Source: an uncultured Pseudomonadota bacterium
Lineage (GTDB): Bacteria; Pseudomonadota; Alphaproteobacteria; JACZXZ01
DNA length: 64,000 nt
Direction of reading: 5' to 3'
NCBI GenBank assembly: GCA_963749075.1
Contig: CAVVLJ010000021.1
Location: 256,001-320,000 of the forward strand
Positions 40,903 to 50,280 of the stretch are shown here, piece after piece. How positions within the stretch are numbered: the stretch's first letter is position 1; every line of letters starts with the position of its first letter. The notes below the pieces were generated by a model. The model ran no database searches and was not told where the DNA came from. It was given only the letters and a program-made list of their open reading frames with translations. The translations under genes and the position numbers were made by a program.

Positions 40903-42018
40903 ATGCGCGCGGTCATCGTCGTTCCCACTTACAACGAACGCGGCAATATCGAGCCGCTCGTCACGGCGCTCGAGGCGCAGTTCCGCGCCATGCCGCACGA
41001 CATGCACGTCCTCGTCGTCGACGACAGCTCGCCCGACGGCACCGCCGCGGCCGTGCGGGAGCTGCAGCAGCGCTTCGCCAACCTCCACCTCCTCGAAGGG
41101 CGCAAGGCCGGTCTCGGCACCGCTTACGTGCGCGGCCTGCGCTACGCCCTCGACGGGCTCGCCGCCGACGTCGTCCTCCAAATGGACGCCGACCTCTCGC
41201 ACAAGCCGGAGGACGTGCCGCGCCTCATGGCCGCACTCGAGGCGGGAGCCGATTTCGTCATCGGCAGCCGCTACGTGGCGGGCGGCTCGGTGCCGGCCGA
41301 ATGGCAGCTCCACAGGCGGCTCATGTCGCTCCTCGGCAATCTGGCGACGCGCCATATCGCGGGCCTCCACCGCGTGCACGACTGCACCGCGGGCTTCCGC
41401 GCCATCCGCGCAGCGCTCGTCCGCGACATCGAGCTCGGCTCCTTGCGCGTCGAGGGCTACGCCTTCCTCGTCGCCATGCTGCACGCGGCGATGATGCGGG
41501 AGGCCAAGATCGTCGAAGTCCCGGTCGACTTCATCGAGCGCCGCAGCGGCCAGTCGAAGTTGGGGCTCTCGGATATCGTGGAGTTCATCGTCAACGTCTG
41601 GTGGATCCGCTTCCAGAGCTCGCGCACCTTCATCAAGCTCGGCGCCGTCGGCGCCGCCGGCGTCGCGGTCAACCTCGGCTCCTTCGCCGTCCTCCTGGCG
41701 CTCGGGATGAGCCCCTATGCGGCCTCGCCGCTTGCGGTGGCGCTCTCGATCGTCTCGAACTTCACGCTCAACCGCTATTGGACCTTCCGCGCCGAGAGCC
41801 GCGGCACCGCCCCGACGATGAAGGGGCGCAAGTTCAGCGCGGTCTCGCTCCTCGCGCTCGCCGCGAGCTACGGCACCTTCCTCGCCCTCTCAGCGGCCTT
41901 TCCGGAGAGCGCCCCCATCCTCCGCCAGCTTGCCGCCGTCGTGCCGGCGACGCTCGTCAATTATTTCCTCGACTCCTACTGGCCGCTGCGCAGCGCGCCG
42001 CGGGCGAAGGCGGGTTGA
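40903..42018 (+). CDS. Polyprenol-phosphate hexose synthase (GT2, DPM1-like) fused to a GtrA flippase domain
   Basis: VVPTYNE, VDDSSPDGT, GLGTAY, QMDADLSH, GSRY and D.TAGFR, then VGA.G..VN and SNFTLNRYWTF. Confidence 0.9.
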   Translation: MRAVIVVPTYNERGNIEPLVTALEAQFRAMPHDMHVLVVDDSSPDGTAAAVRELQQRFANLHLLEGRKAGLGTAYVRGLRYALDGLAADVVLQMDADLSHKPEDVPRLMAALEAGADFVIGSRYVAGGSVPAEWQLHRRLMSLLGNLATRHIAGLHRVHDCTAGFRAIRAALVRDIELGSLRVEGYAFLVAMLHAAMMREAKIVEVPVDFIERRSGQSKLGLSDIVEFIVNVWWIRFQSSRTFIKLGAVGAAGVAVNLGSFAVLLALGMSPYAASPLAVALSIVSNFTLNRYWTFRAESRGTAPTMKGRKFSAVSLLALAASYGTFLALSAAFPESAPILRQLAAVVPATLVNYFLDSYWPLRSAPRAKAG

Positions 42019-42148
42019 GGGCCGGACGGCCGGCTTGGCGGCCGGCGGCGGGCGGTATATGGATGGGCGGGCGCGCGGCGCTCCCGCGCGGGCGGCGGCC
42101 GGGCAAAGCGCCGTCGCGTCTTTCGCTCTCGAGAGGGAAGGGAACGAC

Positions 42149-42475
42149 ATGATCTACGAGCTGCGCGTCTATCACTGCGTCTCGGGCCGCCTGCCGGCCC
42201 TCCTCAAGCGCTTCGAGACCATCACGCTGGGCATCTGGGAGCGCCACGGCATCCGCCAGGCCGGCTTCTGGACCGTGGTGATCGGGGATTCGAACCAGGA
42301 TCTCTATTACCTCCTGCAATGGGGGTCGCTCGCCGAGCGCGAGAAGAAATGGACGGCCTTCATGAACGATCCCGAATGGATCGCCAAGCGCGCCGAGACC
42401 GAGCGCGACGGCGCCATCGTTGCCTCCCTCGAGAACCTCATCCTGCAGCCGACCAAATTCTCCGCCGTGAGGTAG
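42149..42475 (+). CDS. NIPSNAP family protein
   Basis: MIYELRVY, W.SLAERE..W..F..DPEW and L.PT.FS. Confidence 0.9.
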   Translation: MIYELRVYHCVSGRLPALLKRFETITLGIWERHGIRQAGFWTVVIGDSNQDLYYLLQWGSLAEREKKWTAFMNDPEWIAKRAETERDGAIVASLENLILQPTKFSAVR

Positions 42476-42505
42476 CGCCGGCGACGCGGGTTCGGCGGGC
42501 GACCC

Positions 42506-43504
42506 ATGCTGGCCGATCCGGCGACCCTCCTCGTCTATTCCGGCCGCGAGCTGATGGGGGACGGCTTCATGAAGATCCCGTTCTTGCGCGCGCTCAGGGG
42601 GACCTGGCCCGGCGCGCGCATCACCTGGCTCGCGGGCCGCGGTGCCACCGTCTATGCCGCGGCACTCGCCCCGCTGGTGGCAGGCTATCTCGACGAGGTC
42701 ATCGCGGATGCGGGAATCGGCGTGTCGCTTGCCGAGCTCCTCCGCCGGCCGCTTGGCGGGCGCGGCTTCGAGCTCGTGATCGACACGCAGCGCGGCGTCA
42801 AGACGACGCTCGTCCTGCGCCGCGTGCGGCACCGGCTCTTCGTCTCCGCCGCCGCCGGCTTCCGCTTGAGCGACCGGCGCCCGGCCGCGGGCTACCGCCG
42901 GCCTCAGGCCATGGCGGCCCAGCTCCTCGACCTCGTGGCCATTGCGGCGGGCCGTCCCGCGGTCCTCGCCCCGCAGCCGGCGCTGCCCGAGCGCTATGCC
43001 GCCGCCGCCACCACGGCGCTCGCACCGGGACCGCCCATCCTGGGTCTCGTGCCGGGCGCCGGCGGGCGCCATAAATGCTGGCCGCGCGAGCGCTATGCCG
43101 AGCTTGCGCGCCAGATCCTTGCCCAGGGCGCCCGCGCCGCCTTCATCCTCGGGCCCGACGAGCGCGATTGGCTCGGCCCCTTGCGCGAGGCGGTGCCGGG
43201 AGCGCTTTTCCCCTTGCAGGACGGCCGCATCGCGCCGGAGCTGGCCGCCTCGCCGCTCTATACCATGGCGCTGGGGCGGCGGCTCCGCCTCGCGGTCGCC
43301 AACGACTGCGGCACCGCCCACATGCTGGCGGCCGTCGAATGCCCGATGGTGAGCCTCTTCGGCCCCAGCCTGGCGGCCAAATTCGCGCCCGCCACGCCGC
43401 GGCTCACCGTGCTTAAGGCGCAGGACTTCGGCGGCAGCGCCATGGCGGCCATCCCCCTTGCCGCCGTCGCCGCGGCGGTCGCGGCGGGGATGAGCGCCGG
43501 CTGA
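42506..43504 (+). CDS. Glycosyltransferase family 9 (heptosyltransferase-like)
   Basis: MGD, PGAG..HKCWP, ANDCGTAHM and LFGPS motifs. Confidence 0.85.
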   Translation: MLADPATLLVYSGRELMGDGFMKIPFLRALRGTWPGARITWLAGRGATVYAAALAPLVAGYLDEVIADAGIGVSLAELLRRPLGGRGFELVIDTQRGVKTTLVLRRVRHRLFVSAAAGFRLSDRRPAAGYRRPQAMAAQLLDLVAIAAGRPAVLAPQPALPERYAAAATTALAPGPPILGLVPGAGGRHKCWPRERYAELARQILAQGARAAFILGPDERDWLGPLREAVPGALFPLQDGRIAPELAASPLYTMALGRRLRLAVANDCGTAHMLAAVECPMVSLFGPSLAAKFAPATPRLTVLKAQDFGGSAMAAIPLAAVAAAVAAGMSAG

Positions 43505-43526
43505 AGGCGCCGGCGTCGCCGGAGCC

Positions 43527-44363
43527 TCAATGGGCCATCAGCACGGGCACGGTCATGCGCTCGAAGATCTGGCGGGAGGCGCCGCCGAGCACGAGCTCGC
43601 GCAGGCGCGAATGGCCATAGACGCCCATGACGATGAGATCGACCCCCTCGTCGGCCGCGCGCGAGAGCAGCATGTCGCCGACCGTGATGTCGCCGCCGGC
43701 GAGCTCGTGCGTCTCGGCCGCGATGCCGTGGCGCGCCAGATAGCGGCAAATGGCCTCTCCCTCCCCGGGTTCTGCACCCGTCTCCGCCGGGCGGGGAATG
43801 ATCGAGAGGATCTCGACGCGCTTGGCGCCCGCGAGGAACGGCAGCGCATCGCGCACGGCGCGCGACGCCTGGGGGCTGCCGTTCCACGCCACCAGCACGT
43901 TCTCGCCGAGGGTGGCGAAGCGTCCGGCATAGGGCACCATGAGGACGGGCCGGCCCGTCCCCATCGCCACGCTCTCTGCGAAATCGGGGCTGCGGCCCGA
44001 GAGGCGCTCGTCCGGATCGGTCTGGCCGAGGATGGCGAGGTCCGTATGGCGCCCTTCGCGCGACACCAGCTCGGCCGCATCGCCTTCGCCCTCGAGCCAT
44101 TCCGCCGCGGGCTTGAGGCCGGCGATCGCCGTCTCGAAGAGCGCCTTGGCCACGTCGCGCTCTTGGCCGACCTCGGCGTCCGCCTCCTCCAGGCGCGCCG
44201 GCTGAAACTGGTCCACCATGAACGGCGAGAGGGTGACCGGTGGCAGCACGTACATGCCCCTCAATTGGGCGGCGAAGCGGCGCGCAAGGGCCGCGGCCAA
44301 TTCCAGCCGCGCCCGGCAGTGCCGCGACGCGTCGACGTGGACGAGAAGGTCTTTGTAGGACAT
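43527..44363 (-). CDS. Universal stress protein (tandem Usp)
   Basis: YKDLLVHVD, GRPVLMVP, AWNGSPQASRAV and MGVYGHSRLRE.VLGG. Confidence 0.92.
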   Translation of the reverse strand: MSYKDLLVHVDASRHCRARLELAAALARRFAAQLRGMYVLPPVTLSPFMVDQFQPARLEEADAEVGQERDVAKALFETAIAGLKPAAEWLEGEGDAAELVSREGRHTDLAILGQTDPDERLSGRSPDFAESVAMGTGRPVLMVPYAGRFATLGENVLVAWNGSPQASRAVRDALPFLAGAKRVEILSIIPRPAETGAEPGEGEAICRYLARHGIAAETHELAGGDITVGDMLLSRAADEGVDLIVMGVYGHSRLRELVLGGASRQIFERMTVPVLMAH

Positions 44364-44448
44364 GTCGTCTCCCTCGCGTTGGGTGGCGGCCGCTTTCGGC
44401 AAGGCACGGCCGGCCGCTTGTAGCTAGTCCCTGGCCAAGCTGCGGGCC

Positions 44449-44462
44449 TTGATCTGGCGCAA
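44449..44462. promoter_or_regulatory. FixK-type box upstream of usp
   Basis: TTGA-TCTGGC-GCAA fits TTGA-N6-(T/G)CAA. usp genes are typical FixK targets. Confidence 0.55.
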
Positions 44463-44754
44463 GAATGGAACCTGCGGCAATGGAAAAAGTGCCCCGGCGC
44501 CGCTTGGTCGGGGTAGGACAGCGTGCGATGCGGCGCAGCCCCATGATACAAAATCATGGCCGGCGCGTCGCTATTCCCTGGCCCCCATTTCGCCAAGTGC
44601 AAGTCCGGCAGCTGCCCCCAAGGTCATCCCCCCGGAGCAACATGCCGAAATCGGGAATTTCGCCCGGCCCGGGTACAGCTCAAGGAGCCGTTGCCAGCCG
44701 AGCCCGAAGGAGTAGACAATCGCGCTGCAGCACCCGCACGCCGTAGGGTGGACC

Positions 44755-46206
44755 ATGGAGAGTAAGAGCGTCCAGCGCAGGCTTGCGGCCATCCTCGCCG
44801 CCGACGTCGTCGGCTACAGCCGGCTGATGAACGCCGACGAGGTCCGTACTTTGGAGGCGCTGAAGGCGCATCGCCGCGAGCTGGTCGACCCGGTGATTGC
44901 CGCTCATCACGGCCGTATGGTCAAGACCACGGGCGACGGGGCGCTGGTAGAATTCGCCAGCGTCGTCGATGCGGTCGGGTGCGCGGTGGCGATCCAGCGC
45001 GGCATGGTCAGCCGCAACGCGCGCGTGGCCGAGGACAAGCGCATTGTCTTCCGCATCGGGATCAATGTTGGCGACATTATCATCGACGGCGGCGACATCT
45101 TCGGGGACGGCGTGAATATTGCGGCCCGTCTGGAAGCGCTCTGCGAGCCTGGAGGGCTGTGCATCTCACGCGCGGCCAACGATCAAATCAGGGACAAGCT
45201 GTCGCTCGCCTTCGCCGATCTGGGCGAGCAGACGGTCAAGAACATATCCCGCGCCGTCGGCGTCTTTGGCCTCGCCCAGAAGGAGATCGCAGCGCTGCCG
45301 GAGCCCGAAATCGTCCAGCCGCCGGCCGATCAGCCGGGCGCCGACCGCCATGGGTCCGGGCCGCACTATGAGCAGGAGATTCAATTCTGCATGACGCGGG
45401 ACGGCGTGCAGCTCGCTTATTCGCGCATGGGCAGCGGACCGCCGCTGGTCAAGACCGGAAACTGGATGACGCATCTCGAGTTCGATTTCGAGAGCCCGAT
45501 TTGGCGGCATCTCTACCGCGAGCTGTCGCGCGATCGCACCCTGATCCGCTACGACGCGCGCGGCAACGGCCTCTCCGACCGCGACGTTGAAGATGTCTCC
45601 TTCGAGGCGCTCGTGAACGATCTCGAAGCCGTCGTCGACGCCGCCGGCCTCGAACGCTTCGCGCTGCTCGGTATCTCCCAGGGCTGCGCGGTGTCGATCG
45701 CCTATGCGGTGCGCCATCCGGAGCGCGTCACGCATCTGATTCTCTTCGGGGGCTACGCGGTCGGCTGGGCGAAGCGTGCCAAGTCGGCCGCGGAAAAGGA
45801 GCAAGGTGCGGCGATGCTGACCCTGGTGCGACTCGGCTGGGGCCAGGAAAATCCCGCCTTTCGCCAGATCTTCACGTCGCAATTCATCCCGGGTGGAACC
45901 AAGGAGCAGGTCGACTGGTTCAATGAGCTGCAACGGATCTCGACCTCGCCCGAAGACGCGGTGCGCAGCCTGGCCGCGAACGGCGATACGGATGTCAGCG
46001 CGCTGCTGGCTCAGGTTGCCGTCCCGACCCTTGTCATGCATGCGCGCGACGACGCCCGCGTCCCCTTTGACCAGGGCAGGCGTCTCGCCGCAGCAATCCC
46101 GGGCGCCCGGTTCGTGCCGCTGGCGAGCCGCAATCACCTGATCCTTGAAGATGAGCCCGCCTTTCCCCGCTTCCTGCAGGAAGTCAGGGGGTTCCTCGCG
46201 GCCTAG
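44755..46206 (+). CDS. Class III adenylate/guanylate cyclase fused to an alpha/beta hydrolase
   Basis: ADVVGYS, KTTGDG, RIGINVG and GDGVNIAARLE, then YDARGNGLS, GISQG, DARVP and RNH. Confidence 0.9.
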   Translation: MESKSVQRRLAAILAADVVGYSRLMNADEVRTLEALKAHRRELVDPVIAAHHGRMVKTTGDGALVEFASVVDAVGCAVAIQRGMVSRNARVAEDKRIVFRIGINVGDIIIDGGDIFGDGVNIAARLEALCEPGGLCISRAANDQIRDKLSLAFADLGEQTVKNISRAVGVFGLAQKEIAALPEPEIVQPPADQPGADRHGSGPHYEQEIQFCMTRDGVQLAYSRMGSGPPLVKTGNWMTHLEFDFESPIWRHLYRELSRDRTLIRYDARGNGLSDRDVEDVSFEALVNDLEAVVDAAGLERFALLGISQGCAVSIAYAVRHPERVTHLILFGGYAVGWAKRAKSAAEKEQGAAMLTLVRLGWGQENPAFRQIFTSQFIPGGTKEQVDWFNELQRISTSPEDAVRSLAANGDTDVSALLAQVAVPTLVMHARDDARVPFDQGRRLAAAIPGARFVPLASRNHLILEDEPAFPRFLQEVRGFLAA

Positions 46207-46239
46207 CACTCACCATGGGGGATATCGTGCGTCGAGACG

Positions 46240-46491
46240 CTAGACCTTGACCCTCTTGCCCTCGGGCGTCAGCCAGGTCCAACCGGCCTTGCCTTCGCCG
46301 AAGCGCTCGGTCACGAAGCTCTCGAGATCGCGCCGGGCGCGCTTGCGGATCTTGACCTCCTTCGGCGCCGCCTTGCGCCCGTTGAGCCCGAAGTAGGTCA
46401 GCATCTTTTTCGTGGTCGCGCGAAGGGTCCTCGAGGCCGTATCGACCTCGATGGTGCCATGAGCCGCGAAGCGAAGGATCTCTCTGGACAT
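46240..46491 (-). CDS. Small basic hypothetical protein
   Basis: 83 aa with GC3-biased codons and GGA upstream. No family recognised. Confidence 0.55.
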   Translation of the reverse strand: MSREILRFAAHGTIEVDTASRTLRATTKKMLTYFGLNGRKAAPKEVKIRKRARRDLESFVTERFGEGKAGWTWLTPEGKRVKV

Positions 46492-46842
46492 CCGGAGGTC
46501 CTCAGCAAGCCAATTGTTGTAATTTTGGCATCAATTACGACGCTTTGCACGAGCCAATCGATAAGTGGTAATACCACTAGGCCCAGGGCACCCCCGCGGC
46601 CGGGTCGAGCCGCTCCGGGCGCATGGCCGGGGGCGGCCCGTACCGCCCCTCTGGCGGGGGATGTGACCAATGTCATTGCGGCGGACGCTTGATTATAAGA
46701 GGGTTGCCGAATAAGACATGGTGGCCCTCCGGGCGCCGGCCCTTCCGCGGTCTGGCGTATTATCCCGGGGGGCCGGGGGGCTCGGTTTGCGGCCGGGCAA
46801 TGGCGGCCGGGCCGGGGACAAGTCGAGGGGCACATTCTAGCG

Positions 46843-48156
46843 ATGGTCGCGCTTGACTATGTGGGGGCGAATGTTCCGGCAGCGGGAGAGCGCGCGCGCA
46901 TCCGCGTCGGCGTGCTCGTCGACCTCGAGCTCAGCCCGCAGGCGGGCGGACACGTCAAGTGCTGGGAGCGCCTGGCGCGTGCCGCCTCGGCCTTCGGCGA
47001 TCAGCTCGACCTCACGGTCCATTTCGCCGGCCGCGAGCGCGCCACGGAAGCGCTCGCCGACAACGTGCGCTACGTCATCGAGCCGCCGGTCCTGAGCACG
47101 GCGCGCTTTCCCTTTCTCTCGCACGTGCCGGACCACACGGACGTCGCACCCTACCACCTGCGCCTCGCGCGCGCCTTGCGCAGCTACCATGTGATCCACA
47201 CCACCGACGCCTTCTTCGCCTATGCGCGCACCGCCATCCGCGTCGCCCGGCGCACCGGCATCCCGCTGGTCACCTCGGTCCATACCAATACGCCCGAGTA
47301 TTCGCGCATCTACACGCGGCTGACGATCCAGCGCCTGGCCGGCTGCGGCGCCTTGGGCCGCGCCCTCATCGAGCGCCTGGGGCTCGACCGCATGGTGGAG
47401 CGCCGCATGGTGGAGCGCCTGGCCGAGCATCAGCGCCACTGCGCCTTCAGCTTCCTCTCGCGCCCCGAGCAGCTCGCCGCGGCGGAGCGCGCGCTCGGCG
47501 GGCGGGTCGGCCTCCTGCGCCGCGGCATCGAGCGCGACCTCTTCACGCCGCACCAGCGCAACCGCGCCTGGCTCGCGGCCACCCTCGGCGTTCCCGTCGA
47601 GCGCACGGTGGTGCTCTTCGTCGGCCGGCTCAACCGCGGCAAGAACGTGCTGCTGCTGGCCGAGGCGATGGCGGCGCTGGTGGCCGAGGGGCTCGATCTC
47701 CAGCTCGTCTGCGCCGGCGTCGGCGACCAGCGCGACGCGGTCATCGCCCAGCTCGGCGAGCGCGCCACCTGCCCGGGTACCCTGGCACCCGACTTCCTCG
47801 CCCGGCTCTACGCCTCGGCCGATCTCTTCGCACTGCCGTCCGAGATCGAGGAATTGGCGAACGTGGTGCTCGAGGCGCTGGCCTCCGGCCTGCCGGTCCT
47901 CGTCGCGCGCGAGAGCGGCATGGGCCGCGCCATCGTCGAGGGCGAGACCGGGCTCACGCTCCCAGGTGCCGCGCGGGAGGCCTGGGCCGGCGCCATCAAG
48001 CTCCTGACCGAGGATGCGGTGCTGCGCACGCGCATGGCGCGCGCGGCACGGCGCTACGCCGAGCAGCGCCTGCCCGCCTGGGAGGACGTGCTCGGCGAGG
48101 ACCTCCTGCCCCATTGGCAAAGGGTCGCTGCCGAGGGCCCTAACTGGCGAGCGTGA
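46843..48156 (+). CDS. Glycosyltransferase family 4
   Basis: S.HT..PEY, RGI...F.P, FVGRL..GKN and PS..E....VVLEALASGLPV. Confidence 0.9.
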   Translation: MVALDYVGANVPAAGERARIRVGVLVDLELSPQAGGHVKCWERLARAASAFGDQLDLTVHFAGRERATEALADNVRYVIEPPVLSTARFPFLSHVPDHTDVAPYHLRLARALRSYHVIHTTDAFFAYARTAIRVARRTGIPLVTSVHTNTPEYSRIYTRLTIQRLAGCGALGRALIERLGLDRMVERRMVERLAEHQRHCAFSFLSRPEQLAAAERALGGRVGLLRRGIERDLFTPHQRNRAWLAATLGVPVERTVVLFVGRLNRGKNVLLLAEAMAALVAEGLDLQLVCAGVGDQRDAVIAQLGERATCPGTLAPDFLARLYASADLFALPSEIEELANVVLEALASGLPVLVARESGMGRAIVEGETGLTLPGAAREAWAGAIKLLTEDAVLRTRMARAARRYAEQRLPAWEDVLGEDLLPHWQRVAAEGPNWRA

Positions 48157-48959
48157 GCGACGGCGCCCGCATCCTCATCCTCGTCCCCCATCCGGACGAC
48201 GAGGTGGTGGGATGCGCTGTTGCAGTGCGGCGCGCAAAGGCGGGCGGCAAGCGCCTTTTCACCCTCTATCTCACGAGCGGCGTGCCCGAGCGGCATCTCT
48301 TGTGGCCGTGGCAGCGTCGGCGCTACGCAGCACTCATCGCCGCGCGCCGCGCCGAGGCGGAGGCCGCGGCGGCATTCCTCGGCCTCGAGCCCGTGGGTTT
48401 TGCCGCGCTGCCGGCGCGCACCTTGAAGTCGCACCTCGCGGCTTCGCTCGCCCGCATCGAAGTTGTGCTCGCGGCCGAGGGCATCGACGAGCTGTGGGCG
48501 CCGGCCTTCGAGGGCGGCCATCAGGACCACGATGCCGCCAACCTGCTCGCCTCGCGCCTTGCGCACCGCCTCCCCGTCATCGAGTTCGCGGAATATCACG
48601 CGGCCGGCGGCGGCGTGCACAGCCAGCGCTTCGTGGCGCCGCACGGGGACGAGCGCGCCATCGCCCTCTCCCCGGAGGAGGCGGCCTGGAAGCGCCGGGC
48701 CTTGGGCCTCTACCGCTCGGAGCGGCGCAACCTCGCCCATATCCGTTGCGAGGCCGAGTGCCTGCGCCCGCTCGCACCCTATGACTACGGCACCCCGCCT
48801 CACCCGGGCCGCCTCTTCTTCGCGCGCTTCCAATGGGTGCCGTTCCGCCACCCGCGCGTCGATTTCGACCCGCCGGCCGCGGTCTATGCGGCACTTGCGC
48901 GGTTTGCCGCCGAGAGCGAGCATGGTGGAGGCAAAGCCGCCGGTGCGGCCGAGCGCTGA
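48153..48959 (+). CDS. PIG-L/LmbE family deacetylase
   Basis: PHPDDEVVG, R..EA..A and GGHQDH. GTGA overlap with the GT4 gene. Confidence 0.88.
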   Translation: MSDGARILILVPHPDDEVVGCAVAVRRAKAGGKRLFTLYLTSGVPERHLLWPWQRRRYAALIAARRAEAEAAAAFLGLEPVGFAALPARTLKSHLAASLARIEVVLAAEGIDELWAPAFEGGHQDHDAANLLASRLAHRLPVIEFAEYHAAGGGVHSQRFVAPHGDERAIALSPEEAAWKRRALGLYRSERRNLAHIRCEAECLRPLAPYDYGTPPHPGRLFFARFQWVPFRHPRVDFDPPAAVYAALARFAAESEHGGGKAAGAAER

Positions 48960-48981
48960 GCAGAATGGGAGGGCCTGTGCC

Positions 48982-49362
48982 GTGTTGAAGAAGGGCTTCA
49001 AGGCGTTGCTTGCCGAAGCGAATGCCGCCGTCGAAACCGTCCCGGTCGCCGAGGTGCTACGGCTCCAGTCCGCGGGCGACACCGTCCTCGTCGATGTGCG
49101 CGAGGGCTCCGAATATGCCGAGGGCCATCTCCCCGGTGCCTTGAGCGTGCCCCGCGGCCTCCTCGAGTTCATCGCCGATCCCGAGGCGCCGATCCACAAT
49201 CCCGCCCTCTCCTCAGGGAAGCGGCTGGTGCTCTATTGCGGCTCCGGCGGCCGTTCGGCGCTCGCCGCCAAGACGCTTTCCGACATGGGCGTCGCCAACG
49301 TCTCCCACATGGGGGGCGGCTTCGGCGCCTGGGTCAAGGCGGGCGGCCCGGTCGAGCACTGA
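48982..49362 (+). CDS. Rhodanese-like protein
   Basis: VDVRE..EY..GHLPGA, PRGLLEF, YCGSGGRS and GGF.AW. Confidence 0.9.
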   Translation: MLKKGFKALLAEANAAVETVPVAEVLRLQSAGDTVLVDVREGSEYAEGHLPGALSVPRGLLEFIADPEAPIHNPALSSGKRLVLYCGSGGRSALAAKTLSDMGVANVSHMGGGFGAWVKAGGPVEH

Positions 49363-49394
49363 CGGCGGCTCCGGCGCCCGCGGCGCGCCTCCGC

Positions 49395-50270
49395 TCACTT
49401 CCGCCGCGGGTCGAGCGCGTCGCGCAGGCCGTCGCCGAGGAGATTGAAGGCGAGCACGACGAGGAAGATGGCGAGCCCGGGCCAGAGGGCCATCCACGGC
49501 GCCTGCTCGAGGAAGTTCTTGGCCGTATTGAGCATGCTGCCCCAGCTCGGCGCCGGCGGCTGCTGGCCGAGCCCGAGGAAGGAGAGGCTCGCCTCCGCGA
49601 TGACGGCCTGGGCGATCGCGAGGGTGGCCTGCACCATGAGCGGCGGCAGGATGTTGGGGAGGATGTGGCGCAACAGGATGCGCGCGTGGGAATTGCCCAG
49701 CGCCTTGGCCGCCTCGACATAGTCCTCGACCTTGACCGCAAGCGTCTGGCCGCGCGTGAGCCGCACGAAGATCGGCATGGCGGAGATGCCGATGGCGATC
49801 ATCGCGTTGGTGAGGCTCGGGCCCAAGAAGGCGGCAAGGGCGATCGCCAGGATGAGGAAGGGGCAGGCGAGCATGGCATCGGTGATGCGCATGATGAGCC
49901 CGTCGATCCAGCGCCCGGCATAGCCCGAGACGAGGCCGATCGGCACGCCGAGACCGAGTGCGATCACCACCGATACGACGCCGGCGAGGAGCGAGGCGCG
50001 CGCGCCGTAGATCATGCGCGCGAGGAGGTCGCGGCCGATCTCGTCGGTGCCGAAGACGTGCGCCAGGCTCGGCGCCTTGCGCACGGCAAGGAAATTCGTG
50101 GCCGTCGGATCGTAGGGGCTCAAGAGCGGGGCGAGCACCGCCACGGCCACGAAGAAGAGCACTACGAGTGCGCCCATGAGCGCACTCGGCCGGCGCACGA
50201 GCCGGGCGAGCACTGCCTGGAGCGGACCAGGCTCCTTGACCTCGATATCTTCGGTCGCGAGCGCCGTCAC
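49395..50270 (-). CDS. Peptide ABC transporter permease (DppC-like)
   Basis: FGTDEIGRD, YVEAAKALG, HILPN and EASLSFLGLG. Confidence 0.93.
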   Translation of the reverse strand: MTALATEDIEVKEPGPLQAVLARLVRRPSALMGALVVLFFVAVAVLAPLLSPYDPTATNFLAVRKAPSLAHVFGTDEIGRDLLARMIYGARASLLAGVVSVVIALGLGVPIGLVSGYAGRWIDGLIMRITDAMLACPFLILAIALAAFLGPSLTNAMIAIGISAMPIFVRLTRGQTLAVKVEDYVEAAKALGNSHARILLRHILPNILPPLMVQATLAIAQAVIAEASLSFLGLGQQPPAPSWGSMLNTAKNFLEQAPWMALWPGLAIFLVVLAFNLLGDGLRDALDPRRK

Positions 50271-50280
50271 CGCTCTACAC

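Noticed and set aside
46508-46545. AT-rich imperfect palindrome GTAATT-N8-AATTAC upstream of the small basic ORF
   Set aside because: It could be an operator, but it is short and no regulator can be assigned.
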